This document shows, piece by piece, positions 46,440 through 56,397 of a DNA stretch of 64,000 nt (the first letter of the stretch is position 1; each line of letters starts with the position of its first letter). The stretch spans positions 26,739 through 90,738 of the forward strand of contig JAFPUM010000034.1 of assembly GCA_017395425.1 (NCBI GenBank). Direction: 5' to 3'. Origin of the DNA: Clostridia bacterium. Its GTDB lineage: Bacteria > Bacillota > Clostridia > Oscillospirales > Acutalibacteraceae. The notes below the pieces were generated by a model. That model worked only from the letters and a program-made list of their open reading frames with translations, was not told the DNA's origin and searched no databases. The translations under genes and the position numbers were made by a program.

Positions 46440-46600
46440 TCAGCGCCTGCCCCTGACCTTGATAGGGTTCAAAAAAATTGTCAGGGGGACGAGGATGGAA
46501 GTTTATCGAAAGATTCGGCGGATGCTTCCCGGCTTGACAGAGGAGCTGCCATCCGGCACACAAATCCCGCGGGCAACGGCGGGGACAAACGTGCCGGAAC
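46440..46600 (+). ncRNA. glmS leader: glmS ribozyme (GlcN6P-responsive self-cleaving riboswitch)
   Basis: A|GCGCC cleavage-site context at 46442/46443. Core GACGAGGATGGAAGTTTATCGAAAGATTCGGCGGATGCTTCCCGGCT closely matches the conserved glmS core. GGCG (46517-46520) can pair with CGCC (46444-46447). P4-like CCGGCAC (46553-46559) pairs with GTGCCGG (46591-46597). Immediately upstream of glmS. Confidence 0.85.
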
Positions 46601-46627
46601 TCTGTGATACAATGGAGGTACTTATCT

Positions 46628-48439
46628 ATGTGTGGTATTGTAGGTTACATCGGTGACAAGAATTCCACGGAAATCCTGATCGACGGTCTGAAAAAGCTGG
46701 AGTACAGAGGCTATGACTCCGCCGGCGTGGCAGTCTTCGGAGCGGACGGCGTGAATGTTGTCAAGGCGAAGGGACGTATCAAGAATCTCGAAGACAAGAT
46801 CGGCGAAAATGTGCCGCAGGGCGTGTGCGGTATCGGTCACACCCGCTGGGCGACCCACGGAGCGCCCTCCGATGTCAACAGCCACCCCCATCGCAGTGGC
46901 AAGGTCACGCTGGTGCATAACGGCATTATCGAAAATTACTCCGAACTGCGCGAGGAAATGCGTGCCGAAGGGCGCGTGTTTGTCTCCGAGACCGACACCG
47001 AAGTGGCGGCGCAGCTCATCGACAAGTGCTATGCGGGCGACCCCATCGCGGCGATTTATGACGCAGTGGCGCAGATTCGCGGTTCCTACGCGTTCGGCAT
47101 TCTGTTTGACGATCAGCCCGACGTGCTGTATGCCATCCGCAAGGACAGCCCGCTGATTGTGGGCATCGGTGAAGGCGAGAATTATATCGCCTCCGACATT
47201 CCCGCGATTCTCAGCCGCACCAACCAATACTACCTGCTCGAAGAAAACGAGCTGGCGATTATCCGCGCGGACAGCATCGAGATTCTCGACTGCGAAAAAG
47301 CGCCGATTCAGAAGGAAGTCTTCAAAGCCACATGGGATGTGTCGGCAGCCGAAAAGGGCGGCTATGATCACTTCATGCTCAAGGAAATCAACGAGCAGCC
47401 CAAGGTGCTGGCGGATACGATTCTTCCCCGTCTCAAGGACGGCGCCGCACATATCTTTGCAGAAGAAATGCCCGACATCTCCAAAATCAAGCGGCTGCAC
47501 GTCGTCGCCTGCGGTTCGGCGCTCCATGCCGGCATGGTGGGACGGCACATGATTGAAAAAATCGCCAAGGTGCCGGTCATGACCGAAGTCGCCTCGGAAT
47601 TCCGGTATTCGTCGCTGCTCTTTGAAGAGGGTGACGCGGTGGTGCTGATTTCCCAGAGCGGCGAAACCGCCGACACGCTGGCAGCACTGCGCATTGCCAA
47701 GAAGAGAGGCATTCCGACCATTGCCATTGTCAACGTCGTCGGTTCCACCATTGCCAGAGAAGCCGACATCGTGCTTTACACATGGGCAGGTCCCGAAATC
47801 GCCGTTGCCACGACCAAGGCATACACCTGTCAGGTGGCGGTCATGCTGCTGATGGCACTGCGGTTTGCGAGCGAGCGCGGCACGGCTTCCGCGGAGGAAC
47901 TGGCGCATTATGCCGACCTGCTGCGGCAGATTCCCGATGTGGTGGCAGGTCAGCTCACCCATATGGAAGAATATGAAGCCATTTCGCAGCATTACAAGGA
48001 CTGTGAGGATCTCTTCTTCATCGGACGCGGCTATGACGCGGCGCTCTGCTGGGAAGCGTCCATCAAGCTCAAGGAAATCTCCTACATTCACTCGGAAGCA
48101 TACGCGGCGGGCGAACTCAAGCACGGCACCATTTCGCTGATTGAACCGGGTATGCCGGTAGTGGCGATTGCCTCGGGCGACCGGCTCTTTGAAAAGACGG
48201 TCAGCAACGTCAAGGAAGTCAAGGCACGCGGCGCGAAGGTCGTTCTGCTCTGCAAGGAGGGCGCGAACGTGGACAGCACCGTGTACGATGACCTGATTGC
48301 CATTCCCGCCGTGGACGAATTCATCCGTCCCATTGCGGCGATTGTCCCGCTTCAGATTTTTGCCTATTACACCGCTGTCGCGCGCGGCTGTGACGTGGAT
48401 AAGCCGAGAAACCTTGCCAAGTCCGTAACGGTCGAATAA
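46628..48439 (+). CDS. glmS: Glutamine-fructose-6-phosphate aminotransferase (GlmS)
   Basis: N-terminal MCGIVGYIG catalytic Cys, two SIS domains, C-terminal KPRNLAKSVTVE. Confidence 0.97.
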   Translation: MCGIVGYIGDKNSTEILIDGLKKLEYRGYDSAGVAVFGADGVNVVKAKGRIKNLEDKIGENVPQGVCGIGHTRWATHGAPSDVNSHPHRSGKVTLVHNGIIENYSELREEMRAEGRVFVSETDTEVAAQLIDKCYAGDPIAAIYDAVAQIRGSYAFGILFDDQPDVLYAIRKDSPLIVGIGEGENYIASDIPAILSRTNQYYLLEENELAIIRADSIEILDCEKAPIQKEVFKATWDVSAAEKGGYDHFMLKEINEQPKVLADTILPRLKDGAAHIFAEEMPDISKIKRLHVVACGSALHAGMVGRHMIEKIAKVPVMTEVASEFRYSSLLFEEGDAVVLISQSGETADTLAALRIAKKRGIPTIAIVNVVGSTIAREADIVLYTWAGPEIAVATTKAYTCQVAVMLLMALRFASERGTASAEELAHYADLLRQIPDVVAGQLTHMEEYEAISQHYKDCEDLFFIGRGYDAALCWEASIKLKEISYIHSEAYAAGELKHGTISLIEPGMPVVAIASGDRLFEKTVSNVKEVKARGAKVVLLCKEGANVDSTVYDDLIAIPAVDEFIRPIAAIVPLQIFAYYTAVARGCDVDKPRNLAKSVTVE

Positions 48440-48479
48440 TCTGATTGGTCTGACGGTTGGCATACTGAAAAAATAGCAA

Positions 48480-48525
48480 CTGTCCTGTGTGTGGACCTTT
48501 CCATTACACGGGACAGTCTTTTTTT
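48480..48525 (+). terminator. Rho-independent terminator after glmS
   Basis: CTGTCCTGTGT (48480-48490) pairs with ACACGGGACAG (48506-48516), including one G-U, followed by TCTTTTTTT. Confidence 0.8.
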
Positions 48526-48567
48526 GGCGGCGCATGGTGAGAAAGTACGGAAAAACGCAAAAATCGG

Positions 48568-48596
48568 TTGAAAATGCAGGAGACATATGGTATAAT
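48568..48596 (+). promoter_or_regulatory. Candidate promoter of the aldolase gene
   Basis: -35 TTGAAA (48568-48573), 17-nt spacing, extended -10 TGgTATAAT (48588-48596). Confidence 0.55.
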
Positions 48597-48647
48597 TGCA
48601 GAAATACATGATGCTGTTTTCATGACAAGAGAGGATTTGGATAATTT

Positions 48648-49622
48648 ATGAACAGAAGAGGCAATATCGTTTCCTTCCGCCCCGATGTGCGGGTGCTGGA
48701 TGCTACCATCCGCGACGGCGGTCTGGTCAACAACTTCTATTTCGACGATGAATTTGTGCGTGCCCTGTACCTTGCCAATGTCAAGGCGGGCGTGGATTAT
48801 ATGGAATTCGGCTACAAGGCGTCGAAGGAACTCTTTTCTCCCGATAAATTCGGCAAGTGGAAGTTCTGCGACGAGGCGGATATCCGTTCCATTGTGGGCG
48901 ACAACAATACCGATCTGAAAATTTCGGTCATGGCGGATGTGGGACGCACCGATTTCCGCCGCGATATCATTCCCCGTTCCGAGAGCGTGATTGACATGGT
49001 GCGCGTGGCAACCTATATCAATACCATTCCTGCCGCGCTGGAAATGGTGGAATACTGCCATGAACTGGGGTACGAAACTACGGTCAATATCATGGCAATT
49101 TCCAACGCCAGTGACGTCGATATCGACGGCGCGCTGGAACTCATCTGCCGCAGCCATGTGGACGGCATTTATCTGGTGGACAGCTACGGTTCGCTCTATC
49201 CGGAGCAGATTGCCCGCCTTTCGGAAAAATATCTCTCCTACGGCGAGGCAGCGGGCAAATTTATCGGTATGCACGCGCACAATAATCAGCAGCTTGCCTT
49301 TGCGAATACCATTGAATCCATGTCGCTGGGCGTGAGCTATCTCGACGCGACGGTGTGCAGCATGGGACGCGGCGCGGGCAACTGCGCGATGGAACTGCTG
49401 CTCGGCTTCTTCAAGAACCCCAAGTACAATATCACGCCGGTGCTGCGTTTTATCGAACAGTATATGCTGCCGCTCAAGGCTTCGGGCGTGGTATGGGGCT
49501 ATGACGTTCCCTATCTGCTGACCGGACGGCTCAACCGCCACCCTTCCTCCGCGATTGAGTTTATCCGCGACGGCAAGACCGATTACTGCGATTTCTATCA
49601 GGAACTGCTTGACAGAGACTAA
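48648..49622 (+). CDS. HMGL-like (DRE-TIM) aldolase / pyruvate carboxyltransferase family protein
   Basis: LDATIRDGG start of the TIM barrel, later HAHNNQQLAFANT metal-binding motif. 324 aa. Substrate not inferable. Confidence 0.7.
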   Translation: MNRRGNIVSFRPDVRVLDATIRDGGLVNNFYFDDEFVRALYLANVKAGVDYMEFGYKASKELFSPDKFGKWKFCDEADIRSIVGDNNTDLKISVMADVGRTDFRRDIIPRSESVIDMVRVATYINTIPAALEMVEYCHELGYETTVNIMAISNASDVDIDGALELICRSHVDGIYLVDSYGSLYPEQIARLSEKYLSYGEAAGKFIGMHAHNNQQLAFANTIESMSLGVSYLDATVCSMGRGAGNCAMELLLGFFKNPKYNITPVLRFIEQYMLPLKASGVVWGYDVPYLLTGRLNRHPSSAIEFIRDGKTDYCDFYQELLDRD

Positions 49623-49667
49623 ACGTTTGCTGACCATTTTCATGGGAAGTGGAAGGGAGGCATTTAT

Positions 49668-50741
49668 ATGGCATTTGTGTCTATGATATTTGTCCTGCTG
49701 TTTTTTGTGCTGATTTTTCTGGGCGGTCTGGCACTGGTGGGAGGTGTGCTGCTGTGGATGGGACTTTCCCGGCGGCGCAAACCGGAATATGCCGGCAAGC
49801 GCTCCCCGAAGGTGCTGTTCGGACTGGGGCTGGCGATACTTACACTGCCGACGCTGGTGGTGGTGTTATATTCGGTCCGGCTGCTGACGGTGGGGATCAG
49901 TACGGCTTTCCAGTGGACACAGTACGAATGTATTCCCGACCGCTGGCGCAATGAAATGGTATCCGACACAGAAGCGGCGGACGATGCCTTGAATGCGCTT
50001 CTGACGTCGGCGGACAACGGCGACCGCGACGCCTTTTCCAAAAACTTCACCCCTGAAATACAGGCGGACGCGGGCTTTCAGACCGCGCTGGACGACTTTT
50101 TCGCGGCGTATCCCGGCGGTCTTGCCGATCTGGAACGCAAAGGCGGATACGGCGGAGGCGGCGGTTCGTATGATATGGGAACCGCGGTGCTGGATTACCA
50201 TGTGCAATACGACCTGACAGACGGCGATACATGGTACCGCGTGCATCTTTCGATCTGCTACCGGAATACCGACGAGCCGGACAAGGTGGGCGTCACCGTC
50301 TTTACCGTGAGAAATCTCCCGGCGAGTGCGGCATATGAGGAAGAAGTCAGAAATGCGCCCGGAACGGAAGACGGACGGTATATGGTGTGCGATGTGTCAG
50401 GCGCCGACGGAAGAGACGTCCGGCTGATCGACGGCAACCCCTTTTTCTGGACGGCTTCCGACACGCCTCCGCTCACAGTGGACGCGCTGCGGGAACTGCT
50501 GGCGGCGCATCGCCGCATGGACGACCCGGTACTTACGTCGGCATTGGGCAGTCCCGGCGCGGTCAGCCGATACGCCGATCAACCGGATTATCGCTGTTAT
50601 TATGAACTGACCTCCGAAAACGGTGAGCCGCGTTACGCGGACATTCAGGTGGAAGCGGATTCGGGCGAAATTTTCGGGGCATTTGTCTGCACGCCGGATG
50701 AGACGGATTATGATACACCGCTCTGGGACGAAGAAAACTGA
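49668..50741 (+). CDS. Membrane-anchored hypothetical protein
   Basis: Two N-terminal TM segments, then a soluble domain ([19 protein letters not shown]... resembles DUF5104-type proteins, low certainty). Confidence 0.6.
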   Translation: MAFVSMIFVLLFFVLIFLGGLALVGGVLLWMGLSRRRKPEYAGKRSPKVLFGLGLAILTLPTLVVVLYSVRLLTVGISTAFQWTQYECIPDRWRNEMVSDTEAADDALNALLTSADNGDRDAFSKNFTPEIQADAGFQTALDDFFAAYPGGLADLERKGGYGGGGGSYDMGTAVLDYHVQYDLTDGDTWYRVHLSICYRNTDEPDKVGVTVFTVRNLPASAAYEEEVRNAPGTEDGRYMVCDVSGADGRDVRLIDGNPFFWTASDTPPLTVDALRELLAAHRRMDDPVLTSALGSPGAVSRYADQPDYRCYYELTSENGEPRYADIQVEADSGEIFGAFVCTPDETDYDTPLWDEEN

Positions 50742-50803
50742 ATCCCAAAAAAACACCGTCCGGCAAATTCTTCCGGACGGAGAGAAAGAGAGGCAAAACC
50801 GCT

Positions 50804-51433
50804 ATGGCAACTGTAATGATTATGGATCACCCGCTGATCCGGCATAAAATTTCCCTGCTGCGTGACAAAACCACGGGAACCAAGGATTTCCGTGTGCTGG
50901 TGGAGGAGATCGCGATGCTGATGGGATATGAGGCATTGCGCGACCTGCCCACCGAGATGGTACCCGTCAAAAGCCCCATTGCCGAATCGTTCCAGCCGAT
51001 GCTCAGCGGCAGGAAACTGGCTGTGGTGCCGATTCTGCGTGCGGGACTGGGGATGGTCAACGGCATTCTGGCGCTGGTGCCGTCCGCGAAGGTGGGACAT
51101 ATCGGTCTGTACCGCGATGAAATAACCCACGAGCCGCATGAATATTACTGCAAGCTGCCCGAAAACATCGACGAACGTGTGGTAGTGCTGCCCGACCCGA
51201 TGCTGGCGACGGGCGGTTCCGCGATTCAGGCGGTGGATTTCATCAAGGCGAAGGGCTGCACCCACATCAAATTCATGTGCATTATCGCGGCGCCCGAAGG
51301 ATTGGAGGCACTGTGCGAGGCACATCCGGACATCGATGTTTATGTGGGCAGTCTCGATGAACGTCTCAATGAAAATGCCTACATCGTGCCGGGTCTGGGC
51401 GATGCCGGCGACCGCATTTTCGGTACGAAATAG
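50804..51433 (+). CDS. upp: Uracil phosphoribosyltransferase
   Basis: [30 protein letters not shown] loop and the C-terminal [17 protein letters not shown]. Confidence 0.95.
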   Translation: MATVMIMDHPLIRHKISLLRDKTTGTKDFRVLVEEIAMLMGYEALRDLPTEMVPVKSPIAESFQPMLSGRKLAVVPILRAGLGMVNGILALVPSAKVGHIGLYRDEITHEPHEYYCKLPENIDERVVVLPDPMLATGGSAIQAVDFIKAKGCTHIKFMCIIAAPEGLEALCEAHPDIDVYVGSLDERLNENAYIVPGLGDAGDRIFGTK

Positions 51434-51463
51434 TATTATTATTGATACATAAGGAGAAAAACT

Positions 51464-52291
51464 ATGCTGAGAATCATTGTAGACTCCGGCAGCAGTATCA
51501 AGCAGGAGGAAAAAGAGAAGTACGGCGTGGATATCCTGCCGCTGAAAATACTGCTGGGCGACAAGGAATATTATGACGGCATTGACCTGCCGATGGATTT
51601 CTTCTATGACAAGCTCATCAACGAGGGAATGTTTCCTAAGACGTCCCTGCCGGGGCTGGGCTTTGTGGAGAAGCAGGTCAGGCGCTATGTGAAGCAGGGC
51701 GACGACGTGATCATTCTGCCCATTTCTTCGGGTATCTCCGGCACCTACAATTCGCTGCGGATGCTCTTTGAGGACGAGCGGAAGGTGCGCGTGATTGATA
51801 CCAAGGTGGCGGTAGGCGGTATCCGCCTGCTGGTGGAAGAAGTCAATAAGTATCGCAGCGAAAGTCTCGACGCGATTGAACTCAAACTCAAACACCTGAT
51901 TCCCCGTATCCGCATTGTGGCGATTCCCGAAACGCTGGAATATCTCCACCGCGGCGGTCGTCTGAGCCGGACGGCGTATGTGGCGGGCAGTCTGGCGCAG
52001 GTCAAGCCGCTGATCGGGTTTGACGCGACAGGTCATGTCAAGTCGGTAGGCAAAGCCATCGGACTGAGACGCGCCATGCAGATGCTCGCCAGCCGTCTGG
52101 AAGAAGAAGGCTGCGACACCAATTACAGCATTGTCCCTTCCTACACCTATTCCGACAAGAATCTCAAAGCACTCATCGCCATGACCGACAAGAAATATCA
52201 TGCCGCGATGATTGATTTTGACAATCTCGACCCTGCGATTGCCTGTCACTGGGGTCCCAACGCCTTTGGCTATATTTTTGTGGGACGGTAA
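51464..52291 (+). CDS. DegV family fatty-acid-binding protein
   Basis: IIVDSGSSI start and SSGISGTYNS motif. 275 aa. Confidence 0.9.
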   Translation: MLRIIVDSGSSIKQEEKEKYGVDILPLKILLGDKEYYDGIDLPMDFFYDKLINEGMFPKTSLPGLGFVEKQVRRYVKQGDDVIILPISSGISGTYNSLRMLFEDERKVRVIDTKVAVGGIRLLVEEVNKYRSESLDAIELKLKHLIPRIRIVAIPETLEYLHRGGRLSRTAYVAGSLAQVKPLIGFDATGHVKSVGKAIGLRRAMQMLASRLEEEGCDTNYSIVPSYTYSDKNLKALIAMTDKKYHAAMIDFDNLDPAIACHWGPNAFGYIFVGR

Positions 52292-52311
52292 ATTGTTCCG
52301 TTCCGGTCAAT

Positions 52312-52365
52312 AAAACCTGCCGCTTTCCCTGTTCCTTACGGACAGAGAGAGCGGCAGGTTTTTTG
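52312..52365. terminator. Bidirectional terminator between convergent degV and the minus-strand operon
   Basis: AAAACCTGCCGC pairs with GCGGCAGGTTTT. T-runs follow the hairpin on both strands. Confidence 0.75.
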
Positions 52366-52390
52366 GAGGGCGGATGTTTGAAGCAAACGG

Positions 52391-52807
52391 TCAGTTCTCA
52401 AAGATACGGTCGATGAAATCCTCGTCGATGCCGTCGTTGGGAATCATGCCGTCCTGCATCATGCGCATTTCGTCGTAGAGGCGGGTAGGGTCGATCATGT
52501 GGAGCACCTCGTCCACGGTGGAACAATAGCCCTGAATGTATTCCACCCGTTCGTCATCCTCGTCGAGCGAGATCAGCTCGTCGCCCTTTTCGAGCGAAGC
52601 CTCTTCGTATTTCGAGATGAACTGCCGCTCGGTGAGAGTATCCATGTCGCGGCGCATTTCGGTGAGCGCGTCGCTGATGCCCTCGTTGTAACTTTCGGGA
52701 AAATCGGACGCGTCCACCAGCTCGCTGCACATGGCAAATTGCAGCATACGCTCAGTGATATCGGCAATTGTCAGCTCGGAGATTATTCTGTCACGGGTAT
52801 CGTTCAT
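52391..52807 (-). CDS. Acidic hypothetical protein (138 aa)
   Basis: ATG lies 2 nt after the argS stop. D/E-rich with no TM segment. No family recognised. Confidence 0.5.
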   Translation of the reverse strand: MNDTRDRIISELTIADITERMLQFAMCSELVDASDFPESYNEGISDALTEMRRDMDTLTERQFISKYEEASLEKGDELISLDEDDERVEYIQGYCSTVDEVLHMIDPTRLYDEMRMMQDGMIPNDGIDEDFIDRIFEN

Positions 52808-52809
52808 GA

Positions 52810-54531
52810 TTATTCCTCATCTCCGGTCTGGGACGCCATTTGTTCGGGCGCCGAGACCTTCATCATGTGCAGAATGTTGGCGATAACCTGACGCACGCCG
52901 TCGCAGAGCATCAGACGGGCGGCGGTCAGATGTTCATCTTCGTTGCCCAGCACGCGGCAGTCGTGGTAGAATTTGTGATACTTGGCAGCCAGCTCCATGA
53001 CGTAACGGGTCATGCGGGCAGGTTCGTATTCCTTCGCAGCTGCGATGATTTCATTGGGCAGGCTGGACAGATAGCGGATGAGCTCCACTTCGGAGGGATG
53101 GGTGAGCAGATCGAGCCATTCCGCGGGTACTTCGTCGAGGTTGTATTTTTTGGCTTCCTCCCGGCGGAAAATCGAACAGATTCTCGCATGGGCGTACTGC
53201 ACATAATAAACCGGGTTCTGGGAATCCTCCCGCACGGCAAGTCCGAGATCAAAGTCCATCTGCGTGTTGGCTTCGCGGAGATTGAAGAAGAAACGCGCCG
53301 CGTCGGCGGAAACTTCATCCAGCAGGTCGGCGAGCTGAATTGCCTTGCCGGTGCGCTTGCTCATCTTGACCGGCACGCCGTTGTCCATGAGGCGGACCAG
53401 CTGCATGAGGACGATGTCCAGTCTGGAGCCGTCGAGACCGATGGCGTCCATCGCGCCCTTCATGCGGGCGACGTGTCCGTGATGATCGGCGCCCCATACG
53501 TCGATGCAGGTGTCAAAGCCGCGCTTCTCGAATTTGTTGCGGTGATAGGCGATATCCGCCGCGAAATAGGTGGGATTGCCGTTGGCGCGGACGAGTACCT
53601 CGTCCTTCTCGCCGCCGAATTGAGTGGCTTTGTACCAGACAGCGCCTTCCTTTTCATAGGTCAGCCCCTTGTCGGTGAGAATGTCGATGATTTCCTGCAC
53701 TTCGCCGCTGTTGTGGAGCGTGCTTTCGAGGAACCATGTGTCGTATGCAATGCGGTATTTGGCGATATCGGACTTCATCTTGGCGATGTTCTTGGGCAGG
53801 GCGTAATCCACCAGCGCGGCGCGGCGTTCTTCTTCACTCCTGTCCAGATAGGCGCCGCCGTGGATGTCGGCAAACTCCTTTGCCAGATCGACGATATCGC
53901 CGCCGTGATAAGAATCTTCCGGCAGCTCCACCGCGTCTTCGCCCTTGAAAATCTGCTGATAACGGATATCCAGCGACAGACCGAATTTCTGAATCTGGTT
54001 GCCCGCGTCGTTGACATAGAATTCGCGTTCCACGTAGTAGCCCGCGTATTCCAGCACGGCTGCAAGGCAGTCGCCCAGTGCGCCGCCGCGGGCGTTGCCC
54101 ATGTGCATGGGACCGGTGGGATTGGCGGAGACGAATTCCACCATCACGCGCCTGCCCTTGCCGTAGTCGGATTTGCCATAGTCCGCGCCGTCCGCGTGGA
54201 TGCCCTTGAGGACGTCGCTGAAATAACGGCGGCTGACGAAGAAATTGATGAAGCCGGGACCCGCGACTTCCACGCGGTCAATGTGGGTGCCGGTGAAGTC
54301 CATGCGCTGTGTGATGATTTCGGCGATTTTGCGGGGCGGCAAACGGAATGCCTTGGCGGACACCATCGCGACGTTGGAGGCGAAATCGCCGTGCGACGGG
54401 TCGGCGGGAGTTTCGATGACGAAGGCAGGCGCGGGTGCGGCGGGAAGTACCTCGTCGGCGACGCCCCGTCCCATGGCTGCCATAATGATTTCTTTGATTT
54501 GAGCGTGAATGTCCTGAATGGCGTTTGTCAT
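52810..54531 (-). CDS. argS: Arginine-tRNA ligase
   Basis: Class I motifs (PTGPMHMGNARGG as the HIGH variant, KMSKRTG). 573 aa. Confidence 0.96.
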   Translation of the reverse strand: MTNAIQDIHAQIKEIIMAAMGRGVADEVLPAAPAPAFVIETPADPSHGDFASNVAMVSAKAFRLPPRKIAEIITQRMDFTGTHIDRVEVAGPGFINFFVSRRYFSDVLKGIHADGADYGKSDYGKGRRVMVEFVSANPTGPMHMGNARGGALGDCLAAVLEYAGYYVEREFYVNDAGNQIQKFGLSLDIRYQQIFKGEDAVELPEDSYHGGDIVDLAKEFADIHGGAYLDRSEEERRAALVDYALPKNIAKMKSDIAKYRIAYDTWFLESTLHNSGEVQEIIDILTDKGLTYEKEGAVWYKATQFGGEKDEVLVRANGNPTYFAADIAYHRNKFEKRGFDTCIDVWGADHHGHVARMKGAMDAIGLDGSRLDIVLMQLVRLMDNGVPVKMSKRTGKAIQLADLLDEVSADAARFFFNLREANTQMDFDLGLAVREDSQNPVYYVQYAHARICSIFRREEAKKYNLDEVPAEWLDLLTHPSEVELIRYLSSLPNEIIAAAKEYEPARMTRYVMELAAKYHKFYHDCRVLGNEDEHLTAARLMLCDGVRQVIANILHMMKVSAPEQMASQTGDEE

Positions 54532-54950
54532 ATGTCTGAATTCATCCTTTCGATGGGAACAAGTTCCATTGTCACGCGGTTGATCTGCGGTTCGCCGTTG
54601 ATGTGAATCTTCGCCGTATATTCCACGCGTCCGCCCGCTTCACTCAGCGACGACACGGCGCTTTGCAGCGCGAAGCACATGGGAATGCTGCCGTAGGGGG
54701 TTTCGTAATCCACCTGATGGGCATATCCCTCGCGCATGACGATGGGGGAGGATTGGCGGCGGCGAATCTGGATTTCGCCCTCCGGAGTGAATTTGAAGAC
54801 CGTGAAGCCGTTGTCCGCGTCGTCGTATTTGAGACGGTGGGTGCCGTCCTGACAGGAATAGGCGCAGGGGTATTCGGCTTCAACGGTATCGTCGTAATCG
54901 TCCGCGTGAATGACGGTGACAATCCGGAGCGTATAGCGATTGTGTTCCAT
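54528..54950 (-). CDS. DUF1934 (YwiB-like) beta-barrel protein
   Basis: 140 aa. Overlaps the argS start. This small ORF upstream of argS is a common Firmicutes arrangement. Confidence 0.7.
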   Translation of the reverse strand: MEHNRYTLRIVTVIHADDYDDTVEAEYPCAYSCQDGTHRLKYDDADNGFTVFKFTPEGEIQIRRRQSSPIVMREGYAHQVDYETPYGSIPMCFALQSAVSSLSEAGGRVEYTAKIHINGEPQINRVTMELVPIERMNSDI

Positions 54951-54953
54951 GGG

Positions 54954-56033
54954 CTATTTCTTTTTGGCTGCCCGTTCGATGGCGTAATCGATGATTCTGT
55001 CGATCAGCTCGGAGTTGCTGATGCCCGACGCCTCAAAGAGCTTGGGGTACATACTGATCTGGGTGAAGCCGGGCAGGGTGTTGGGTTCATTGAGCAGCGG
55101 CTCGCCGTCGCTTTTGCGCACGAGGAAATCCACGCGCGCCAGACCCGAACAGCCGAGAACCTTATAAGCCTGCACGGCCCGCTTTTTAATGAGTTCCACG
55201 GTTTGGGGCTTGAGGTTGGCGGGAATGACCAGCCGACTGGATTCGTCGTTGTATTTCGCGTCGTAATCGTACCATTCGGCGGCGGGAATGATTTCGCCGA
55301 CCACGGAGGTGATGGGGTCTTCGTTGCCCAGCACGGCAATTTCGACCTCGCGCCCGTCAATGCCTTCTTCCACCACGATCTTCTCGTCATACTGCGCTGC
55401 CAGACGCACCGCGTCCATGATTTCGCGGTGGCTGGTGCATTTGCTGATGCCGACGGAAGAACCGGCGTTGGCGGGCTTGACGAAGCAGGGATAACCCAGC
55501 TTATCCTCGATTTCGTTGAGGCAGCGGTCAATGTGGCGCTCGAAATAACGGTGGTAGAACCAGAGAAATTTTGCCTGCGGAATGCCGCCGTGTTCCAGCA
55601 CGATATTGGTGAGGGATTTGTCCATGCAGACCGCGGACGAAGCCACGTCGCAGCCGATATAAGGAATCTGCGCCAGCTCGCACAGTCCCTGAATGGTGCC
55701 GTCCTCGCCGTTCCTGCCGTGCATGACGGGGTAGGCAACGTCGAGGCGCACCGTCTCCGCGCCGGTTTCCCGCATAATCACCATGCCGTGCAGTGCGGCG
55801 TCAGGCGCGATGAAGGCGGGCGTGGTTTTGCCGGAGGTTTCCCAGCTCCCGTCCGCGATGAGAGCAATGTCCCCTTCATAGAGATACCATTGTCCCTGTT
55901 TGGTGATACCGATCATATATACGTTGTATTTGTCTCTGTTGATGTTGCGGAGAACCATTGTTACGGATACTCTGGAGACCTCATGCTCCGAGGATTTGCC
56001 GCCGAAAATGACGGCTACATTTTTCTGGCTCAT
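54954..56033 (-). CDS. ddl: D-alanine-D-alanine ligase
   Basis: VAVIFGGKSSEHEVS, ATP-grasp core and the C-terminal EPNTLPGFT motif. 359 aa. Confidence 0.95.
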   Translation of the reverse strand: MSQKNVAVIFGGKSSEHEVSRVSVTMVLRNINRDKYNVYMIGITKQGQWYLYEGDIALIADGSWETSGKTTPAFIAPDAALHGMVIMRETGAETVRLDVAYPVMHGRNGEDGTIQGLCELAQIPYIGCDVASSAVCMDKSLTNIVLEHGGIPQAKFLWFYHRYFERHIDRCLNEIEDKLGYPCFVKPANAGSSVGISKCTSHREIMDAVRLAAQYDEKIVVEEGIDGREVEIAVLGNEDPITSVVGEIIPAAEWYDYDAKYNDESSRLVIPANLKPQTVELIKKRAVQAYKVLGCSGLARVDFLVRKSDGEPLLNEPNTLPGFTQISMYPKLFEASGISNSELIDRIIDYAIERAAKKK

Positions 56034-56077
56034 TTGCGCATTCCATCCTTTCCTTAAAAATAAGAGTGGTTCTTTAC

Positions 56078-56106
56078 ATTATACAATAATTTTATCCCGG
56101 TTGCAA
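56078..56106 (-). promoter_or_regulatory. Candidate ddl operon promoter (minus strand)
   Basis: Read on the minus strand: -35 TTGCAA (56101-56106), 17-nt spacer, -10 TATAAT (56078-56083). Confidence 0.55.
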
Positions 56107-56261
56107 TAGCTTTATGGGGATTCCCGCAGAATTTTGGGCGAAAATATACGGCTCCCCTGACAGACCGTGCTATGAGAAATTTTATCACGGAATAAGGCTG
56201 CCATTGGAAATAGTGCATGATTGTTGGGGCGGGAAATTCATCATTTTCCCAAAATTGTCTC

Positions 56262-56290
56262 TTTACTTTATCGGATAAATGTGCTATGAT
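56262..56290 (+). promoter_or_regulatory. Candidate promoter of the activase operon
   Basis: -35 TTTACT (56262-56267), 17-nt spacing, extended -10 TGcTATGAT (56282-56290). Confidence 0.4.
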
Positions 56291-56321
56291 TTCTTTTGAA
56301 TCCATTGAAAATGGGAAAAGT

Positions 56322-56344
56322 GTGGGATATATCCCGCTTTTTTT
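56322..56344 (+). terminator. Short terminator-like hairpin in the operon leader
   Basis: GTGGGA-TATA-TCCCGC (56322-56337), followed by T7 (56338-56344). 54 nt before the TTG start. Confidence 0.4.
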
Positions 56345-56397
56345 CGGAATCTGAATCACGTACCGCATCATAACTTGCGAAGAATGGAGAATGTCCT

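Noticed and set aside
50747-50803. Hairpin CCGTCCGG/CCGGACGG (50756-50780), preceded by A7, and an AGAGAGGC motif upstream of upp (PyrR-box-like).
   Set aside because: The U-tract is on the minus strand only, where there is no gene to terminate. The PyrR-like match is partial, and there is no downstream terminator in the 23 nt before the upp ATG, so a PyrR attenuator is not supported.
56054-56371. 105-aa minus-strand ORF in the ddl/activase divergent region.
   Set aside because: The region is visibly AT-rich compared with all convincing genes here. The ORF would contain the ddl promoter (56078-56106) and end 21 nt from the ddl ATG. No motif and no SD.
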